A stretch of DNA of 59,453 nucleotides, counting the filler, from Basidiobolus ranarum (lineage: Eukaryota): the NCBI GenBank assembly GCA_040143965.1. It is 6 parts of 6 records of this genome, joined end to end, with 100 filler letters (N's around TTAATTAATTAA, not from the genome) between each part and the next. Parts side by side here need not be neighbours in the genome. Positions count along the whole stretch, not along the records: positions 49,636 to 59,453 come from JASJQH010000779.1; 5 more parts are not named here. One strand, 5' to 3'. The translations under genes and the position numbers were made by a program. This document shows positions 51,052-59,453 of this stretch, piece after piece; the first letter of the stretch is position 1; every line of letters starts with the position of its first letter. The notes under the pieces were generated by a model, which did no database searches, had not been told where the DNA came from, and saw only the letters and a program-made list of their open reading frames with translations.

Positions 51052-53611
51052 ATGCCAAAGATAGTCACTCGAAATGAGATAAGAACAAGAGTAAGCGTAA
51101 ATTCAAACGGGGACAAGAACAGCTCTTCAAATACACGAGAACATTATCGACATCGTCAATATAGAGGTCGAGATTATATAAAACCAAAAGACCAGACAAC
51201 ACCGTATTCCAAAGTTACTAAAGATTCATCAGACAAACATATCGATACACAGTCAACTGATAAAGAAGCCCACCTTCATCCCGATACGAAGCGATCAAAC
51301 ATACGATCAAAAGAGAAAGAAAAGTCATTTACTATCTCGCTAGATGTTGAGGCTAATAAGAGAAGGCATAATAATTCTTCATCTGGTCATTCTAAAAATT
51401 CTAGAAGAGAAAATCGTTTTCGAGCCTCAAATGACACAAGACCTGATAGACCCAATTATAAAGTTCCTGCGTATGGGCCCCGCGTAGATCAGGAGCGTCC
51501 TTCTACTTCCTCTTCTATATCTAATAGAGAGTATGAACATAATAACAAGAAGCGCAAACGCGTAGAAACCCCAGTAAAAAAAACTCCTATCGGGCGAGAT
51601 CTTCCTCCTTGGCTCAAGTATGCAAAAACCCTAACCGGTGACAACTATGAAATGTACTCTATTTATTTTCCAATTAGAGTAACTCGAGTATTAATCTTTG
51701 CTATCGATAGGCTTCATCAAGAGATTAAACATTTTGTCGAGTACATTTCGCCTTCCCCAGAGGAGCATGAAATGCGATTTATGGTTTATAAGTGCATAGA
51801 ACAAGTAATTCATTCACTCTGGCCCAAAGCCGAAGTTAAACTATTTGGCAGCTATGACACCCAACTCTATCTCCCTACGAGGTACCAATGACTATTATAT
51901 ATTATTCGATTATTTAAAAGTAACCTCTGTCTATCGTAGTGATATTGATATGGTAATTTTCCTACCTGAACTAGGGTCAAACAAAAAAGCATGTCTCTAC
52001 ATGCTAGCTCGAGCCTTAGAGCAAGCAAGAATTGCTACAAATATTCGTGTCGTTGCCAAAGCACGAGTAGGTTACGATTCAATTTCAAGTCTTTTCCAAT
52101 AGCAAAGTATTGATTAACGCTTCTAGGTTCCGATTATCAAATTTCAGGAAATTATTACTAGGTATCATATAGATATAAGTTTCAATGTAGAGAACGGAGT
52201 CCAAAGTGTTCCTATTATAAAAGAATTGATTGACAAGAACGCTGGTGTGCGACCTCTTGTACTTCTACTGAAGCAATTCCTAATGTTACGTGGGCTGAAT
52301 GAAGTCTATAACGGCGGTTTAGGCTCATATTCAACATTGTTGATAGTAGTGAATTTTCTTCAAGTCCGTATTTTAAACTTCTTGCTTGATATTAGCATAA
52401 CCATAAGGTCAGCATATTAATAGATGTTTGTTTGTTTATTTGATATAGCTTCATCCAAAAGTATCCACCGGCCAACTTGATCCTGAAAAGGATCTTGGGC
52501 AACTGCTTGTTGATTTACTGTATCTTTATGGAAAGAAGTTCAACTACAAACAGGATGGGATATCTGTCAATGGGGACGGTTCATATTTCGACAAAGTAAG
52601 ACTTATTCACTCCTGTCACTTTCTTATTACCAGAGTAAGCGGTATTGACCTCGAGCGATTGCAATATAGGTAGAAAAAGGCTGGACAAATGTCAAAGACT
52701 CTAGACTGCTTTCTATTGAAGATCCTCAAGATCCAAACAATGATGTTTCTAAAGGGTCGTTTGAAATTATGCGTGTAAAGCAGGCATTCTCCAGTGCCTA
52801 CGATTCTCTCATCTCACTCTTATCTAGTCATGCTACGAGCGGTGATCATTCTAAAACTCAGCAACACAATGACAGTAACCAGACATCTAATGAGAAGAAT
52901 AGCTTACCTGAGGATAAGCCAAACAAATCATCGTCAATCCTCGATATCGTAATCACAATTTCACCTGGGGCTATGCGAAATCGACTCAACGTAGCAGCTG
53001 AATATCGAAATTCTACCCTTCAAAATCACCTCAAGCTCCAAACCTCACAGGAACTCCAGACCGAGTTAGAAGAAGTGTTAAAACAAGCACATGTTAGCTC
53101 TCTTTCGATATTTGACAAACTTGGGCCTATTCCTTCGCAATCTGAATTATACGCACAGGAGTCCGAAGAATTCTTTGACCAAGATATTAATCATTATGAG
53201 TCTGAGGACTATGAGTCTGGCTTCCGAAATTTCTATCAGTCTCCTCAAATGGCGTTTCCACCTTATTATAACTTTAATAGATTTCCACCATATCCACCAA
53301 ATATGAACGTTAACCTAGGGATGCCGATGGGAATGCCAGGTGCTAATATCGGAAACAACATGCGGATGGGAATGAACATGAATACCAATATGCGAATGGG
53401 GATGGGAATGGGCATGGGTATGGGTGTCGGAATGAATATGAATAGAGGGCCAAATATGGGAATGGGTATGAATATGCCTGACTTTCCATCGTACAATCCA
53501 TACTTCAATCCCATGCCAGCTTTCGGGCATGGAAACAACTTCGGAAGAGCGAGTGATCCGGGTGTAGCACCACCTCCGTGGTCTAGAGGGCCTCATTTCC
53601 CTCGGTGGTAA
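51052..53611 (+). CDS. TRF4: Non-canonical poly(A) polymerase Trf4/Cid14/PAPD5 (TRAMP); exons 51052-51653, 51711-51881, 51940-52066, 52127-52363, 52449-52595, 52670-53611
   Basis: LHQEIKHFVEYISPSPEEH, FGSYDTQLYLPTSDIDMV, AKARVPIIKF, IDISFN, RGLNEVYNGGLGSY, LYGKKFNY, LSIEDPQDPNNDVSKGSF. Confidence 0.95.
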
Positions 53612-55492
53612 GTATATATAACTAATAGATTGCTAAACAGTATCCTACTTGATATATATTTTTATACTTGGAGAAACGAAACCTTCTTCTCTTATGCTAT
53701 ACAATCATTGATATGTCATTATAGTTTTGTATCCATAGTACTACTTCCTACTTCAATAACATCCTCGCCACACCTTATCCATCCCCTCCTATCACCTCGA
53801 CCCTAATGTATCATATGTCACTATTTGTTATCAATAAAGAATGGCCATAGTTTGTAGCTGACATCTCTTCAACCTCACTCACTGTTTATATCCTCTAGTC
53901 CATGTTGTTTGGGTTATTTTTTTTGGAAAACTTCAGTGTCCGCGTAAACAACAATCAAGGTCCGTTTATTCGGTCCTATGCGACTGTTCTATTCACATTA
54001 GTATGGTTGCTAGCCAAGAACCAAGGAACATGAATAATAGTATTTGGACTTTACTCTGTGCAGAACACTATTAATCTATGGAGAATACAAAAATGTCAAA
54101 ACAGCCTCAGCCTTTGGTTAAGATTCATCTGATGAACTGCTCCAAAGATTAGGTCATAACTCATCATTGGATGTGATAGACCAGTCTGGGATAGTGAAGT
54201 ACTCAATATATATTTGGAGTGTCAGGTCTTACTCCTACTCTGACATGATCTGCTCCTAGTGACAAGACTGCTGGAGGTAAACAGGAACCTTCATGATGAA
54301 ACGGTGTTCCTTACGGAGCCCTCTTCGCTCCTGTGGATAAATCCCATCACTTTCAGGTTTTCAATGTTGGTGTAACTACCTATCGCATTGTTAAGCACTG
54401 ATAGTGTTCTATCTAGTTCTTTCTCGGAAGATAGCCGTCATTTCGGATTGTTATGACAAGTGTATCAAGTTATGAAATACCCTTGGAAAGTAAATGTAAC
54501 CGCATTAACGAATATTCCAGGTAGGTCTCATGTACAACGCTCTCTCCCAACCCTGCTAACCCTGACATCTTATCCAGTGATTATGATACAGAGTTCATTG
54601 TAAATCGGATTCTTATAATATCATTTTGGTTATATTTGCCACAATAGGGTTGTACTCTGGGCTTCTAACGATGACAAGTGTTTATAATCTTTGAAGGCTA
54701 GTGATGAAGTCACTATGTGGATCTTCAGTTCTAACAGATGCACACTCTGTAGGGTTACCTCTACTTGTAGCAAGAAGCAAAGGATTTAGAAACAAAATCT
54801 GCTGTCGATGAATTACACCCCGAGCACGTCGACATTGGTCATAGATCCCAATACGTATTCTCTGGTATAGTGGCCGTGATATTTGTCCTTAATTAGTTAT
54901 TAGACTATAAGTAACAAATTTCTATTCAGTCGTGAGGTGTTCTTCGAATAGAATTACTTCCAAATGTTAATGTCTTATATTTCGTTCTGATGGATTATGT
55001 TGGATATGTGACTCTAGATATTCAACTGGAGTTATTCAAATCGAAACTTCACATCAATCTTACAGGAGAAATGCAGTATCCATTCGTTTTAGGATCCTCT
55101 GCACTAGTGGTCACTTGCCCCTCAAACTGCCTCCTCCTCATACCAGCATAGTGCAGAGTTAATAGAAAAGTACTGAATTATCTCACATCCATTGCAATAT
55201 GAAACAATATATGTGGTAAATCTTGGCTATCACAGCAACTGCTTTTAATGGCTATTATGCCTAGGTTTGGTAGACTGCGGTTACTTATTGTGTCAATAGT
55301 CATGATGTTATTTGAATATGTAAGTGACATCATTCCCTCTAATTTGTCTCAACCAGAATGGTGAACATAGGCTGTCGATCATTGGACGCAGTCGGTGAAT
55401 GATAACTGCTTTATAAAACACCAGACTCATGACTGGAATGATATATCTTAACACCACTCTTCAGTTTATTTCACTCTATCAGTTATTCAAAC

Positions 55493-56114
55493 ATGGCCCA
55501 AGTTAGTGATCGAGATGTTTTCCTCATGATCATTGGTTTCTTTCTACCACCGTTTTCAGTACTAATCAAGAGAGGTTGTGGTGTCGACTTTCTCATCAAT
55601 ATTGGCTTATCGTTGTTAGGACATATCCCGGGTACTTAACAAACATGACTTTTGTCTCTACTTAGCGATACGTTACTAATCAGTCTATAAACTTTAAGGT
55701 GTCCTACATTGTTGGTATACTGTTTACAAGTACAACGATTATTCTCAAACTGACCTTGAAAGGGGTCAGGAGTCTAGACCACAAAATTCGCAACAACCTT
55801 ACCAGCCAGTACCACAACACCCAGAACAGGTTCTAAATCAACCATTAAATCCTTCTGATACCAAGAAGCCTCTTACTAAAGGTGAAGAAGCGAAAAAACT
55901 ATCAAACAATAACGAAGAGGGTTCCCAAAGTAACTACGGCTCGATACAACATCAAAATGGTCAAGAAAGGCCACCAAGCTATAGTGCAGTTACTGCCGGT
56001 ATGTATTTCTTTCTTCTTTATACTTGGTTCATAATTTTTAATAATATTTGAACAGGTTTAGCCTCTGCACCCTCTGGTCCAATTGACGGCTCCAAGGCTG
56101 GTGCTGCAAATTGA
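55493..56114 (+). CDS. Pmp3/Sna (UPF0057) family small membrane protein with PPSY motif; exons 55493-55631, 55699-55998, 56056-56114
   Basis: MIIGFFLPPFSVLIKRGCGVDFLINIGLSLLGHIPG/VLHCWYTV; Gln/Pro-rich tail with RPPSY. Not in the ORF track because it is split by introns. Confidence 0.9.
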
Positions 56115-57420
56115 ACATTTAATAATGGTTGATTTTTTGTTTGAAACTACAATTTTACTTATGTGAACTTTTTACTGCCTGCTATGTATAATAGAAGTTC
56201 TCTTTTGTTAATATAGCTATAACACGCTCTAGATATCTTTCGTGTCAAGTATACGCTAAAATATGTAGTAGTATATGGTTGTATCTATATTACCCTAACC
56301 GTTAGTTTTTTTAAGAGTACCTTTATTCAACTTACTATAACCATTATTAAATACCTTGCCCTGAGTTTGTAAACAAGTGAACATTAGGTTAATAGAGACC
56401 TCGATTAATTTCTATGAGCCTAAAGTTAACCGTAGTGAAATATCAACATTCGCCTTTAGCTTTAAGTAGTAAATGCTAGAATCTGTTAGATTTATTGCAT
56501 TCGTAGAAGTATCTACAGTGTGGTAAATCTTTTTACTTCCACAACTTGATAGATTCTGGTTATAAATTGCCCTGATGGTAGATGAAGATTTGCCTGCAAC
56601 TCTTGTATAGCTAAATCTCGGGTTCTGACCTCGCAGTATTGGGCTGTCTACAGTAAGCCTACGTAACTAAAAATGATGTCAACGACCCTTTCTCTGTCAT
56701 ATCAACGTCATTTGATATTTCATTAAATCGAGATGACATTTAATAACCAAACTGGATATAGATAGTCATCTCACATCAATACAGAATGGTTCGATGAGAT
56801 TATAATTCTGTTTGAATGAATCTTCTTCAATATATGTTAGATATTTCTAATCAAGTTTCGCTTCAATCCCACATGTTTTATGTAATAATATTGAATCTCA
56901 GTAATTTCTTGGAATGTTCACTTTCAAATCATTCCTCCTAAGACCTTACAAGTCAACATAACCTGCAGCTAATTTCAAATATATACAAGAGGAATTCATG
57001 ATGTTACAGATTCATACGAAGATAACGTGCAGTAACTTGGCTAGTAGAGAGGAAGTCAGCAGAATCTTGGATTTGAATTAAAGGATAAATGGAATAGACA
57101 TATATTGAATATCTTGCTAGGTTAAGACAATTATTTTCCTTGAGAGGTCCTATTGAAATTCCAGTATGACTTATAACACCTTTTTGGAGGGACTATCTCG
57201 TGGGTTAGGTACAGCAATAAATCTAGTTACCAGTAAGTCAATTGGACGATAATCTGTAGAAAGAGTAAAAAAATCATCAGTCAACGCTTTGGATACATAG
57301 CTATACAAGAAATATGATCTCTAGTTTCAGCTTGAACATAGAAAAGGGTTTACACACTTGGCAGACACACACACAGTTAACTTGATAAGATACTGGAAGT
57401 AGATGTTGAAGGTAGCATAG

Positions 57421-57654
57421 CCTAAAGTTTGAAGATATATAGATTTTAATAACATGCCCTAGAAGCCCCAAACTTTGCGCGTGTTCCTAGGACCTTCTTT
57501 AACATATTCTACACGTTTGTTTGTCTACATCTTGACAATACTATAAATGTCAACTGAATACTCAATAAATCACAAAGTGAAACCACCAATTCTTCTAGTT
57601 CTCCAAATCACTTCCAAAAAACTCGCAAAATACTTCAACAGTAGAACCACCCTA
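57421..57654 (-). repeat. Dispersed repeat family A, inverted copy; terminus TAGGGTGG (hAT-like)
   Basis: Reverse complement aligns with 35055-35280 (GTTGACA, TCAAGAT, AAGGTCC.AGGAAC, GCAAAGTTTG.GGC.TCTAG, AAAATCTATATATCT). Confidence 0.75.
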
Positions 57655-58579
57655 GTCAATTAGAACTTGAACCCACAATATTGTTGTTAAGAATGTGAAT
57701 ATCTTATGAAACACTATTTAGGAGACAAATGTGCTAGAAACATCCAAGTATATGGAATCAGTGCTTTCTAGGAATATGCTTTAACCCCTATAACAATCCA
57801 AGTCAAGAGTGAATATAGGATACACAAGGAAACTAGTATTACCTCTCACTAAAGGTAATAGCCTAATAACTATCCCTAGATGTCTCAAGTGCGATCATGT
57901 AAATAGCAAATTGCAATCATACTATTAGGAAGTTGAATCAAATGCAAGTATGATAACATAACGGTGTCGTATCATCATGAACACTATATGGAATGGGAGG
58001 ATATTTCTGAAGCGTTTATGGCTAGTAACACTGATATACAAGATTCAAGTTCTATTCCATTGTTTTATTTGAAGTACTTGTTGAGGCAAATTAACATATG
58101 GATAATACATTAGTCGAAATGGGCCAGTTATCAGTAGGGCTAGATAGTCAGTATCGCTGGCGTAGCGGTGCTTTGCTAGTATATACTAATTGTGTTGGAT
58201 GATTATAGCGATATTTTCACGAAAATAGAATGTTATCTATCCATATTTGAGGATACAGATCCTATGTTACTTCCAGATAAAGTGCAACTTATTGGCAAAG
58301 CTACTCTATGTTGATTTGGATTCAGAGACACCTCATCAAGTGCAATAGATGTATGTGTGATGCAGCCTGTGGTGGCTTTGTTTCCGATTCATCAGTAGTC
58401 AATAGCAACAGCATGCTTGTAATAGACTGATTGATCTAGATACAGGTTCATATAATAATGTGATATGGGTTATGCTTATAACATCAAAAACAGTCAGAAT
58501 GCTCGATATAGATGGCGGGTGTTGAGGATAAGAGCCCCAAATAGATGAGTCCGAAAATAACGAGCAGATCCAGTTGAAT

Positions 58580-59453
58580 GTATGCTAGCTCGACATTTAC
58601 CCCACAGAAGAAACAGCTATACACCGTTAATATGGGCTCGAACCTCCGATCCGGAATCTCTTTTCGTCCTATCCACCACTAGGTACATTAGGATCCCTCT
58701 ATCCGATTGCCCCTTCAGAGAACCATTAATCAAGGATCCGAGTGGCACCCTCTTCGGTTTCAATTTAGCTCATAATGACTGATGCTGAGATACACACTTT
58801 GGCAACAGCTTTGTTTACTTCATGGCGCTGATGAGCCTCCCTCTCCCCAGTGTAATGACATCCATATACAAGGTCAAGTCGAGACAACATCGGCTTACAT
58901 GAGCATTCACATGCACCTGGCACATAAATCGATGGGAAAATGATGGATTCTTATCGACTCTTCACAAGCTACCTCAACTCCATGTCATTCCTGTATGAGC
59001 GTTCACTTAAGGTGACCGGGATATTTAGGTACACTAGTAATCGGAATTCATATCCAGTAGAATGTCGAACCAAGCATGTGAAGTCATCCAAGACTCCTAG
59101 AAGCTTGGGTAATTTCAACCATATGTGGCAAGTGACGAAGCAAAACTCCATCGTCACCAAGCCTTGACTAATCACGGTGATCAAGATTGGAGATACTAAA
59201 CCTGCCTGCTAATGGACCAATGGGATGGCTCTATGCATACAACCTCAAACCCTTTCTTAAAATCCAGTGCTGCGTGACATCTCCATATCCTAGATCAAAT
59301 CCATGTTGCACTCCATATGCGTAATTTCTAATCCGACATGCAAAATGTGGATGTTGATCGCCCAGTATTCCATAGATAATTCCCATGCTAGATTTTCTCC
59401 AGATACCTGCCCCACCAAAACGCTAGTGTTAGCCCAAATACATGCTTCTCGTG
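58580..59453 (+). mobile_element. Probable degenerate retroelement sequence at contig end
   Basis: GC-richer, broken reading frames with Trp-rich LINE-like fragments; no intact domain. Confidence 0.25.

Noticed and set aside
1-59453. CRISPR array, rRNA or prokaryotic operon
   Set aside because: No repeat-spacer array, rRNA sequence or operon-like gene density; genes carry spliceosomal introns.

Overview
Eukaryotic, AT-rich, intron-rich fungal DNA. Short GT-AG introns, a secreted subtilisin, GH20 and esterase, and a bacterial-type CHAP relic fit an early-diverging fungus such as Basidiobolus/Zoopagomycota; this is inferred, not proven. The window is six unrelated ~9.8 kb contigs joined by artificial 100-nt N/TTAATTAATTAA linkers, so adjacency across linkers means nothing. 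Genes read from the sequence: 5' part of a P5B-ATPase abutting a CpG-free CACTA transposase relic, RPS16, class III-like eIF4E, a CsbD-tailed low-complexity protein, an S8 protease, GH20 hexosaminidase, a secreted Cys-rich protein, a carboxylesterase, a two-domain defensin-like protein, Spo7, an RBMS-type RRM protein, a small secreted peptide, TRF4/PAPD5 and a Pmp3/Sna protein, plus three tRNAs and several transposon relics. Most notable: (1) two related solo-LTR-like elements in opposite orientations, each separated by exactly 11 bp from a tRNA gene 5' end, suggesting a Pol III-targeting retrotransposon; (2) a tandem two-domain CSalpha-beta defensin-like secreted protein missed by the ORF track; (3) a pseudogenised bacterial-type CHAP peptidoglycan hydrolase. 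All family assignments come from motif recognition by eye; no searches were run.
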